NCBI GenBank assembly: GCA_001724265.1
Contig: MEDY01000017.1
Coordinates: 62,001-126,000, forward strand
Length of the DNA: 64,000 nt
DNA from: Rhizaria sp. SCN 62-66
Lineage: Eukaryota
Direction of reading: 5' to 3'
The translations under genes and the position numbers were made by a program. Shown here piece after piece: positions 12,273 through 22,200 of this stretch; within the stretch, counting starts at the first letter, position 1; each line of letters begins with the position of its first letter. The notes under the pieces were generated by a model. That model had not been told where the DNA came from, searched no databases, and was given only the letters and a program-made list of their open reading frames with translations.

Positions 12273-12905
12273 GCGTCTTGGTGCACCAATCAATGGCGCG
12301 TTTTTAGCACGCGTTGTTGAAGTAATTTATTATTTTGATTCATTTTTAAACAACACATTATAACACTCAGAGTAACATTTCCAATCTCTGCGCTTAACTT
12401 AGAATAAATAGCGTTGGCTGATTACGTTGACGGATCATCAATAAATATTTTTGTTTAGACACACTACAGAGAAACCGCACCGATCTTTAGCATTGAACTT
12501 GCGACTGTATCACACATAAATGAACTGATTTCCGCTTATGCAGTCCGTGATGCGCTTTAGGTCACCAGTGGTCGTCAACCCACCATGTCAAACAACTATT
12601 TATGAACATTAACAAGACCCGGAAACTTTGATTTTGCTCGAATCTGTTATTACAGCTGTTACAACACAGCACAATACTTGTTGGTTTGCCCCTCTGTCTC
12701 ACTTTGGTGTCACAACAACGTACTCGCTGTAGGGAGCGAGAGGCTTTTAACTGAAGAGCGATACATAAATCAGATTGTATATTATGTCAATGTATTTTGC
12801 ACTGATGTCATAGAGCTTAATAAACAAACGATTGACCCGTTTTTAATTTCCCTGCTGGCCTTCATATCAAACCATTTTCGCCACGCTTAACGTCGGTGTC
12901 CCACT

Positions 12906-14309
12906 TCAATCGATGTCGTCCGCAGCGCACGCCGCCTTGCCGCGCGCGCGCAACTCGTCCTCGGGACCCGCAGAAGCCGCAACGCCATCTGACTCCGGTC
13001 CAGACTCATCCTCCGAGTCCGAGACGATCGGCAGCGCCTTAGCTGGCGATTTGGCCGCCGCCGCCGCCGCAGCAGCAGCAGTCACCGAGGGCGGGGCGGT
13101 GGCGGGCGGCGCAGGGGACTTCGCTGGCGTCCCATTCACGCTCGCAGTCGAATGCGCGGGCTTGGCGGGCGTGCCGGTCTTCTTAGCCACCGCCGCCGCC
13201 GCCGCTGCTGTTCCAGTCTTGCCGGCAGCGCTCTTGTGGGCGGGCGAGGGCGGGGCGGCAGCGACGGCGAAGGCAGCTCCGGCCACGGGCGGCTGCTGCG
13301 GCTGCAGCGCGGCGGCAGGGATCTGCGCTCCCATAGCCGCATCTGCCGCGACGGCTGCGACGAGCGTCTCGGCCGCGGCGGCGCTGAGCCCCGTGGCGAG
13401 CGCGTTGAGCCGCGGGTAATGGGCCTCGCGGTCCTCACCCAGCGCGCGGACACAGAGCACGAGTCCCATCGCAGCGCGGGAAGCGCCAGGGCGGAGCTCG
13501 AGCGCGGTAGCGTAGTAGGCCAACGCGGCGGCAACGTTGCCTGCGCCCCCGAGCGAGTAGAGCACGTCGGCGTAGCGAATGTGCGTCGTCCAGGCCTCAG
13601 GGCGGAGCAGAAGCAGCTCCTCAAGCGACGTTTTGGCCTCGGGAAGCGCGTGGGCCATGATGTACAGGTCTGCGAGCTCGCTCCATGCCGCCGCGTCCTC
13701 GCCGTAGAGCGAGACGTGCGCGCTGAGCGCGGCGACGGCGTCGGAGAAGCGGCCCTGCATGCGGAGGTGCGCGGCGCGGCGGCGGCGGGCGGCCATGGCG
13801 GTGGCATCACGACGTGCAGAGCGGTCGTACCATTGAGCGGCCTCGGTCCACCGGTCCGCGGAGTCGTACACCAAAGCGCGCAGAGAGGCGACGCGCGCGG
13901 AAGAGCTAAAGCGGTGCTCGAGGGCCATGATGCACTCGTTGCGGAGCACGGGGAGCGCGGCGTCGATGGCGGCGACGCAGACTTGCTCGTATACGGACCA
14001 GATGTCGCGCGTCAGCAGAGTGACTGCGGAGGAGAAGAATGAGGACAAGTAGCGCGCCAGAGCCGGACGCGCCTGCTGGGCCTTGTACTCGGCAATGAGC
14101 GCAGTGCCGTGCTCGATCACTAGCAGAGGCTCGCGCAGGTGGCGCTTGCGGATGAGCTGGAGGAAGGTGAGTCGCGTCTGGATCGTGGCAGAAGAGTTCG
14201 GCTGCGAGACCAAGGGCGCGAGGCGCTCTGTGAGGACAGAGACGATGCTCGCATCGCTCACGTCGTCAAACTCCTCAGCCATTGACCTCTCGGAGCTGAG
14301 CAGTGCCAT
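12906..14309 (-). CDS. EMC2: ER membrane protein complex subunit 2 (TPR protein)
   Basis: DIWSVYEQVCVAAIDA...RFSSSARVASLRALVY...D, AWSELADLY, LEELLLLRP and RYADVLYSLGG match EMC2/TTC35. Ala/Pro-rich C-terminal tail. Ends TGA. Confidence 0.9.
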   Translation of the reverse strand: MALLSSERSMAEEFDDVSDASIVSVLTERLAPLVSQPNSSATIQTRLTFLQLIRKRHLREPLLVIEHGTALIAEYKAQQARPALARYLSSFFSSAVTLLTRDIWSVYEQVCVAAIDAALPVLRNECIMALEHRFSSSARVASLRALVYDSADRWTEAAQWYDRSARRDATAMAARRRRAAHLRMQGRFSDAVAALSAHVSLYGEDAAAWSELADLYIMAHALPEAKTSLEELLLLRPEAWTTHIRYADVLYSLGGAGNVAAALAYYATALELRPGASRAAMGLVLCVRALGEDREAHYPRLNALATGLSAAAAETLVAAVAADAAMGAQIPAAALQPQQPPVAGAAFAVAAAPPSPAHKSAAGKTGTAAAAAAVAKKTGTPAKPAHSTASVNGTPAKSPAPPATAPPSVTAAAAAAAAAKSPAKALPIVSDSEDESGPESDGVAASAGPEDELRARGKAACAADDID

Positions 14310-14655
14310 AGCGTGATCCGGGGAGACAGCAAGGGGGTTGAATACGGATTGGTGGTGCGAAGAGGAGGTGGCAAGTGGGGAAAAAGAGAAGGAGTGATAG
14401 GAGAAAATTCAACAAAATCGCGGGATACTCTAAATATATAATATGTAGTCCACTGTTAAAACTATATCTTCTTAATTACATTCCTATACAATGATGGGGT
14501 AATGAAGATCTCGTCTTCTTAAGATGCGGCCTCCTGATGCCGGCTCGTACTGCGAAGGACGAGACTCTGCCAGCACTCATTCGTCGAAGCAGATGTCACA
14601 AAGTCTCACAACAAGCCTTGTTTCACCCACATTCATATAGTGCCGCACTTCCGCT
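14310..14655. promoter_or_regulatory. Probable bidirectional promoter region (EMC2 / SMYD)
   Basis: 346 bp spacer with an AT-rich core between divergent ATGs. Inferred from position only. Confidence 0.45.
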
Positions 14656-16977
14656 ATGTCGCAGAAGAAAGCCGGTGCGACCCCTGTCGCCTGTCCGGTG
14701 AATCCATACGCGTCGATGCGTCTCGGCCCTGTTGCGACCTTCGACGCCCCCGTGCTCGTCCCGGCCGACGTCGACGACTCGACAGCTCTGCTGCGCGACA
14801 AAGTCAACGCACGCGCGACGCAGCTTGTGTTCGGCGTTACTGACATCGCCAATGACCCCTGTGGTCGCCGCACCGTCGCACGCCAGGCTCTGGCGCCAGG
14901 CACGATTGTGCTCCAGGAGAAGCCAATGATCTGGACTCCGTTCTGGGACGAGCGCGCGGCAACCTGCCGCGGCTGCACCAAGCCCCTGCCGACGCCCGCG
15001 ACTGAGCGCGACGGCAGCGAGGCCATGTGGGCTTTCTGCTCCGCCGCCTGCAAGGACGCCACGGCCTGGCTAGTCGCCCTCGAGGCACCTCTGACCCCTA
15101 AGTACGCCGAGATCTGCTCAACGGTTCCCATGGATCCATGTCTGCTGCGCGTCGCTGTGCAGCTCATTCTCACGCAGGCCCACGCGCGGCTTGCTCCCGA
15201 GTCGGCCGTGGCGCAGCAGGCGCGTGGCGAGCGGTTCGCGGTCGGCGCGCAAGGTTTCGTCGAGTCGTCACTCGCGGACGTCCAAGGCCTCGCGTCGCAC
15301 GAAGGCCTGCTGTCCCCCGAGAGCGCCGCTGTCGTCGCCGAGGCCGCGCGGCTGTGCTGGCCGCACGTGCCCGCGCAGGTCAAAACCACTCTGTCACTCA
15401 CTCTGCCTGCCTTCACCACGGCGATCGTCGCCATGTCGTCCCGCATCAACGCCAACGCGCACGCCCTTCACCAGCCTGACGCCGGCAACCCTTTCGGCCT
15501 CGGCCTTTTCCCCACGGCCGCTTTCTTCAACCACTCGTGCTACCCCAACTGCGTGTTCGTCAACGCAGGCGCCAGTCTCGTCGTGCGCGCCATCCGCCCC
15601 GTGCGCGCTGGCGAGGAGCTCTGCGTCAACTACACTTCGCTCGACGCCGACCGTCTCGCGCGCCGCACCGCGCTGCTGCGCGAGAAAAGCTTCTTCTGTC
15701 ACTGCCGCCGCTGCGAGCTCGCCCCCGCGGACGAGGACGAGCGCCGCCACTTCGCCGCAGACGCCGCGCTGGCGGGAGTGCGCGCGGTCCCGCTGTCAGA
15801 GCGCGACGCTGCGGCGCTCAGCCTCGTCGACACGACTGAAGCGTTCTTACCGGCTGCGCCCGGCGCGGCGCTGCTCGGCAACGGCACGGCCACGGCGCCG
15901 GCGGCCGCGGGCGTGGTGATCAACATGGCCGCGATCCCCGGCGGCATCTATATCGAGGATAACCTGCCCTTTTACGCACCGCCGCCCACTGCTGCTGCCA
16001 CAGCTGCTGCTGCTGCTGCTGATGCTGCTGCTGCTGATGCTGCTGCTGCTGATGCGACTGCGAGCAGTGAGACTGCTTCACAGACGCAGGCTGCCAAGAC
16101 CAAGGGCGGCAAGAGCAAGGGTGGTAAGGGCGGCAACAAGAAGAAGGGCGGCAAGAAGGGCGGAGACAGCGACAGTGACTTCGATTTTAGCGACGACGAC
16201 AACGACTCCTCCGCTGCCGCCGCTGGCGCCTGCGCTGGTCTCGCCGCCGCTGCCGCCGCTGCATGCGCCGGCGCTGACTCCTCTCCGTCCAGCCCTGTCG
16301 TTGATGACGTTGCCGACGATGCTGCGGTGGCGGCGCAAAAGGGCCCGCGCGAGTATGTCTTCGCGAGCTACCCTGACGAGCCTTCCCCCGGCTCCACCGA
16401 CGCCGACGAGTGGCAGAAGTCTTACCTCGACAGCCACACTGCGCGCTCCTCCGCCGCCCCCGCCGACGCGCCTGCGATCTCCCTCCGCGCCGCCACGCTC
16501 GAGCGCGCGCGCGCGGCGCACACTGCCGTCGCGCGCGCCAGCGAGATCTATCAGGCTGACGGGGGCACCATGGCCGGCCGCCGCGCCGCGCTCGATGCGG
16601 CTCTGTTGCAGTGCAAGATGCATCTCGTGCCCGGACACGAGCTCTTCTTCACCGTGCTCCCACTGCTGGTCAACGTGGCGACCAAGCAGCGCGATTTCAC
16701 CGCGAAGCTCGAGTTCGCGCGCGCCTACGCCGCCATGGCCGAGCGCGTGTTCCCTGCCGCGTTCCCGCCGTTGAGCAACGTCTTCGTCGGGCTGGAGCAG
16801 GCGGCCGCGCGCGTGGAGGAGGCCGCTGCGGGCGCGCCAGGGAAGAAGCTGCTTGCGGGCCGTATGCGTGCGCTGCGCAAGACGGCCTATGCGCGGCAGA
16901 TTGAGGTCACCGCAACGTGCTATGGCAAGGATGACGCGCGCGTCAAGGCGCTTCAGGACAAGCTCAGCAAGCTCTAA
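14656..16977 (+). CDS. SET and MYND domain (SMYD-like) protein lysine methyltransferase
   Basis: Split SET domain: GRRTVARQALAPG, MYND-like CRGC...FCSAAC, FFNHSCYPNC, GEELCVNY and post-SET FFCHCRRC. Helical TPR-like C-terminus. Ends TAA. Confidence 0.88.
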   Translation: MSQKKAGATPVACPVNPYASMRLGPVATFDAPVLVPADVDDSTALLRDKVNARATQLVFGVTDIANDPCGRRTVARQALAPGTIVLQEKPMIWTPFWDERAATCRGCTKPLPTPATERDGSEAMWAFCSAACKDATAWLVALEAPLTPKYAEICSTVPMDPCLLRVAVQLILTQAHARLAPESAVAQQARGERFAVGAQGFVESSLADVQGLASHEGLLSPESAAVVAEAARLCWPHVPAQVKTTLSLTLPAFTTAIVAMSSRINANAHALHQPDAGNPFGLGLFPTAAFFNHSCYPNCVFVNAGASLVVRAIRPVRAGEELCVNYTSLDADRLARRTALLREKSFFCHCRRCELAPADEDERRHFAADAALAGVRAVPLSERDAAALSLVDTTEAFLPAAPGAALLGNGTATAPAAAGVVINMAAIPGGIYIEDNLPFYAPPPTAAATAAAAAADAAAADAAAADATASSETASQTQAAKTKGGKSKGGKGGNKKKGGKKGGDSDSDFDFSDDDNDSSAAAAGACAGLAAAAAAACAGADSSPSSPVVDDVADDAAVAAQKGPREYVFASYPDEPSPGSTDADEWQKSYLDSHTARSSAAPADAPAISLRAATLERARAAHTAVARASEIYQADGGTMAGRRAALDAALLQCKMHLVPGHELFFTVLPLLVNVATKQRDFTAKLEFARAYAAMAERVFPAAFPPLSNVFVGLEQAAARVEEAAAGAPGKKLLAGRMRALRKTAYARQIEVTATCYGKDDARVKALQDKLSKL

Positions 16978-17207
16978 GCCAACAAACTGCTAACTACAAA
17001 CTAACAACAAACCATCATCATTTCATTTACTTAGTCTCCGTGTCAACATTCGTAAATAACGATTATATTATTTACAATAAACTTCCTTTGAAAAATCGAG
17101 TCAAATATTGGTTGTATTGTGTTTTGTCGAAAAGGATGGCCATCTTATGATGCCTATCGCCAATCAAACCGTCTCATATTATTCGATCAAAGCGACGACT
17201 TAGTTGC

Positions 17208-18860
17208 TCAGATCCAGCCGCGAAGCTTGGGCTTGTTCTTGCCACGACGCGCCTTGTTGCGCTGCTTGTGCTTCTTCTTCTTCTCCCGCTCCTCCTCGGC
17301 CGCCTTCAGTTTCTTCGGATCAAGCTCGCCGTCGGCATCGAGACCGAGCGAGAAATCGCGCTGCCCCGGCGCGGCGCGGGCAAAGACAAACGTGCGCGCC
17401 GTGTTATCTGCGAGTACGTTATCCAGCTCGTTGCGGTAGCCGCGCGTGCGCCGGTGCTCGTAGCCGTCGTACAGCAGCGGCGAGAACGGCGTGCACCGGT
17501 TCAGCGCGAGGCGGGGGAAGCGCGCCCACAGTGTGCCTTCAGCGGCCTCAGTCTCCGTCTCGCGCTGCGCCTGCGCCTGGCTCTGCATCTCGTTGAGCTG
17601 CTTGGCGAGCAGCGTGGGACGCCAGCGGTCGTACGGGTGACCAGTCTTAAGCGTGATGTGGATCTCGCCGCCGCGGTCCTCGTCGCGCGCGCGCTGCTCC
17701 ATCGCGCGGACGATGCTCTTCTCGAGCTTCGTCTCGTTGAACGTCACCTGCTTGTGGCGGCCAACGCGTGAGAGCACCTGGGAGACGAGAGCGGGGTCGC
17801 GCGCGTCGAGCGTCTCCGCGGGGAGCCCGGTCTCGTAGTTGGCGGAAAACGCGCCTGACGCGGCCAGCGACGCGGACTTGGCGGCCTGCAACGCAATCTC
17901 AGCGGCCTCGGCAGCGGCGTCGCGGTCGAGCCGCGGCTTGCGCATGAGCGGGATGGCCTGCGAGAGGAACTTGATGATGAGCGCCTGGTTCTCGGCCACA
18001 GCGCGGTCCTTGTCGGACTCACCGGAGCCTGCGTGGGGGAAGTTGAACACGATGCGGTCAAAGCGGTTGGCTGGGACGAGCTTGGAGGCCGTGAGGAGCG
18101 AGTGCATGGCAGTGGCGTCGACGTCGAAGACGACGCGAGCGCCCGCGGCGTGGAGTTCAGCGAGGACGTCGGGCAAGTCGGGATACTTTTCCAGCGTCTC
18201 CTCCAGAGAGTCGTAGCATGTCACCAGGAGATTGGCGCCAATAGTCGCGGCCTTGGCCTCCTTAGCGGCCAGCTCGCGGCGCGCGACGGCCTCGGGACTC
18301 ATATCCTCCTCCTCTTCCTCAAAGTCCTCGTCAGCATCTTCCTCAGCGTCTTCGTCCTCGTCGTCATCGGCATCGCCTTCGTCGGAGCCGTCCTCGTCCT
18401 CGTCCTCGATGGCGTCAACGCCGTCCTCATCCTCGTCCTCCATCTCGTCGCCCTCGAAATCGCCCTCGAAGCCGTCGTCCTCGTCCTCGTCCGCGTCGTC
18501 GACCTCCTCATCGTCGTCGTCATTATCGTTGTTCATTGTCTTGCCCTTGCCGGACTTGCCGGCAAGCGAGGGCGGCACCGCAGGCAGGCCCTGACGCGTG
18601 CGGAACAGACGCACAAGTGCGCGCGCAAAGCTGCAGTTGGCCTCACCGACGAGCAGGATCTGCTGCCACTCCTCGTAAGGGTGCTTGAAGTTGCGGAGCT
18701 TGGCACGGGCGGTACGCACTTTGTCTTCGTCCTCGCGGCGCTTCAGTTTGTACTTGCGGAAGGACGCATCGGCCTGCATCTCCTTGAACTGGCGCGACAG
18801 GTTCATCATCTTCGGCCGACGGTGGCCGTGGTTGCCAATTTTGGTCGTGAAGCGACCCAT
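17208..18860 (-). CDS. BMT5: 25S rRNA (uridine-N3)-methyltransferase BMT5-like (DUF2431 family)
   Basis: ILLVGEANCSFARAL, TCYDS...EKYP, VVFDVDAT, FDRIVFNFPHAG, GEIHITLK...PYDRW and YDGYEHRRT. Ends TGA. Confidence 0.85.
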   Translation of the reverse strand: MGRFTTKIGNHGHRRPKMMNLSRQFKEMQADASFRKYKLKRREDEDKVRTARAKLRNFKHPYEEWQQILLVGEANCSFARALVRLFRTRQGLPAVPPSLAGKSGKGKTMNNDNDDDDEEVDDADEDEDDGFEGDFEGDEMEDEDEDGVDAIEDEDEDGSDEGDADDDEDEDAEEDADEDFEEEEEDMSPEAVARRELAAKEAKAATIGANLLVTCYDSLEETLEKYPDLPDVLAELHAAGARVVFDVDATAMHSLLTASKLVPANRFDRIVFNFPHAGSGESDKDRAVAENQALIIKFLSQAIPLMRKPRLDRDAAAEAAEIALQAAKSASLAASGAFSANYETGLPAETLDARDPALVSQVLSRVGRHKQVTFNETKLEKSIVRAMEQRARDEDRGGEIHITLKTGHPYDRWRPTLLAKQLNEMQSQAQAQRETETEAAEGTLWARFPRLALNRCTPFSPLLYDGYEHRRTRGYRNELDNVLADNTARTFVFARAAPGQRDFSLGLDADGELDPKKLKAAEEEREKKKKHKQRNKARRGKNKPKLRGWI

Positions 18861-19272
18861 TGGACTCTAAAGCGGAACGAAAAGAAGCGGGCAATTGGGA
18901 AGGACGGGGTGAGCTTTAATGACCTGGCTTAGCGACAGCATAGTCGACTAAAGAGATAAATTACTATTTCTAATTAAATTTATGCGCATATAGTCTTAAA
19001 CACATGTCCACATAATCATATGACGATGTGAAATTGGCGTAACTACTACTCGCCGTAGCCGCATTGAGGAGCTCTTCCGATCGAATACAGCCGAGCCAGC
19101 TTCCAGACCGCACCAGAAATATCATGTGTGGCCAGGACGAAATATCGCGGATACGGCGGCTGAACCAATGGACTTACTAATAAAAATGCAATTTATTCAA
19201 TCTTCTAAGTATTGACTATTCAATTTTTAAGTAACCGCGTAAATATAAATCAATTTGAAGCGCGTATCTCTT

Positions 19273-22200
19273 TCAAAAGAAGCGTCGCCAGAGCGAATCG
19301 AAGATTCCCTTAAGCACGACGCCAGCCAGACGAGGCAGGTTCTCGACCGCGTCCGCCACATAATGCGCCACTAACAGCTCACCCACTGTGCGCGAGTCCA
19401 CGCGCACTGCGCCGCAAGTCTGCTGCGAGTCTCCACCGACGACTGTACTCGTGTTCACGATAGTGGTGCTTGTGCTTGCACTTGCGCTCGATGCTGGCAC
19501 GGCTGCCGTGCTCGCGGTGGCCCGCCCTGCAGCAGTTGCTGCGGCAGAGGGTGGCGCTGCCACCGTTCCTAGCGGGACGGCGCGGAGATGCAGTGCAGTT
19601 GTGGTCACGTCAAGCCTGTCACACTGCAAGTCAAGCGGCACTGCGCGTCGCATCGCGGCTACTGCCACAGCAGCTGTCGCAGCAACATCAAGCGTACTGC
19701 CCTCTGTCTCAGCAACGTTCCTGTCTGAGGAGTTGGAAGTGCCTGCGGGGGTAAGCAATCCCGTTTCACGGACGGCAGAAGCAAGTGTCGCAAGTGAGAG
19801 TGATGGAATGGTGGCATTTGCTGTTGCTGCCGCTGCAGCAGCAAGCATCGGTGTGGCGTTCACAGCGGTCGTGGCAGATGCAGCAGTCCCAGCGTTCCGG
19901 CGCCCACGCAGTTTCAAAGACAGACGTGCTGTAATAGCAGGGGCACGCAGCAGCGCCAGGGGCAGCAGCGTTGACGGAGATGCGGCATCGGTGGGTGTCA
20001 ACAGCGTTTCAGCTAAGGCAGGCATCGCAGTTGCCATAGCGGCGACGCGTGAGACTGTCTCAGTTCCTGAAAGCACAAGCGCAGTGATTGCGGGCGCCAA
20101 GGCGGTGACTGTCGCCTCTGCGTCGCGAACATTGACACGAATAAGAGGCTGTGTTGCGCGTGCAACAGGCAATGCACTCGTGCCTGGCGCCGCCTTTGCG
20201 TTGCTGGGTAGTGTAGTCATATCCTCATCTTGTGTGGATGAGTCGAATGCGAGCAGACTCGCTGCGGTGAGATCAACTGACGATGCTGAACTAGGCGGGA
20301 AATCAAGTCGCCAGTGTTGCGCACCCGGCGGTGCAGTATCATTCGCAAGCGTAAGCGCGCGAGAGCCAACTGTGAGCATGCACAGTGCAGGTCCTGAACT
20401 TAATGCGTTATCCGTCGCGTCAACGCCGACGCGCGTGGAGACTAAACCCAACTCAACAAGCGGCTCAACACTTCCGTTCGTATCGGAAACTGCTGCAGCG
20501 GTGAGAGATGCAAGAGATGTGACCGTGAACATCGCCTGTGTGGGAACGCATCCCGTAGCAGCGCTACCCAGGCACGCCGGCGGCAACAGTGCGAGCTCAT
20601 TCTCCAACTGCGGAGCAAACGCTGATGGGATTGAAAGTGGTAACACGGCAGACACGAGCGCGCGTGCGGCTGTTGAAGTGTGGAACAATGTTAACGGCAA
20701 TAGTACGCTGCGATGCGTTAGTCCCGTGAGTGAAATAGTAGCCAGAGGCTTTGCAGAGTGCGTCGAATCAGCTTGACTCAGAAGAGTGGCGGTCAGTGCA
20801 GCAACAGAAATGTCAATCGAGCCTTGCGCACGGATTAAGTGCAATGGACGAGGGACACCCTGTGTCATCAACGACTTCGGTGCGGGTGTGTCAGGCAGCT
20901 TGATGATTGCGTACGTTGTTCCGTTGTCAGAAACAGTAACTGTAAGCACCAATGTCTGTGTCGCCCCGCTTGCACCTTCGCCGGACGTTGATAGTCTATC
21001 GTCAGCATGGGATTGTGAGGAGACATCAGAGTGGGAAGAAGTCGAATCCGCATTTGAATACGGCTGATGGTTATGTTGTGTTCTATGATGCGCAAATTTA
21101 ACAACGATGGGTTGTCCCTTGCCTTGGTTGCTCAGGTCTGTGGATATTTGGACTGGATGCGATGGTGCAGACCAAGGGCCCCAGGTCGCGGGTCGCGTCA
21201 GCGGCCGGCGGCAAGATACGCTCAACGACACAGCCTCTTGAACTCTGTCTTGCGAATTAGCGTTTGCGTCAACTTCTATTTTTTGACGTGCGGAGCCGGA
21301 GTCAAGCACGGCAATGCTGCCGGGTTGTCCCAGCCAAACGGGATCTAGCGCAAGCTCCACTGCTGCATGCGCGGGCAGCGAGTGTGGCGCGTGCGTGGGG
21401 AATGCTACTGCCGCCGAGACTAGCGCGGGCTGCCCTGCAACGCCGGCTGCACCGCCAGAGAAGCCCATCGACGATAGTAATGAAGAGGAGCGCGCGCGAC
21501 CGCGGCTGGCAGCGGCTGCAGCAGCAGCGTCGAGACTTTGCTTGTCAAACCCGCCTGCGCCTCTGCGAGGAAGCTTCTGGCCTTTGGCTGCAGCGCCAGG
21601 TGCAGTCGCTGCAAACGGCAGAAACGGTAAAGGTGTGACGCGCAGCTCAAGAGGCGTTGCGTTCACCAATACAACGCTGTTGACGACACGGCCAACAGCA
21701 GCGGCAGCCGACGCAGCTGCTGTAGATGACGAATGTGCATTGACGACCCCCTTACCAGATGAAGAAAATAGCGCCTGCGCCAACAGTCCGCTGTCATCAT
21801 CTATATCAATCACCGTTGAGACACAGTTTCCACGTGTGCGCCGTTTCGTGTCGCTCTTTTCTGAGACTTGCAACGTCGTGTTGGATAGCGCGTCAGCGTT
21901 AGCGGCCGCAGTAACGCGCGCCGCAACTGTTGAGCCTACTGTAGCCGCAGTACCAGTGCGCTTGCTCGCAGGCACCATAGTTGCCGTAGGCCCCGGCGCA
22001 GTACGTGCGCCCAGTGCAGGCGCGGGTAACACTGTTGCCACAAACAGTTGGGGCAGCGCTGCAGCGGCGCGTGGTGCCGGGCTCCATAGCGTTGCGCCCA
22101 CGTCTGATTCAACGGTAGGAAAACTGGGCAGCGTAGTTGCGGTAGCGACTGACGGCCGCTGACGCCCTCCATTGGCACTAACGGCGCCGCAACTCGGGCC

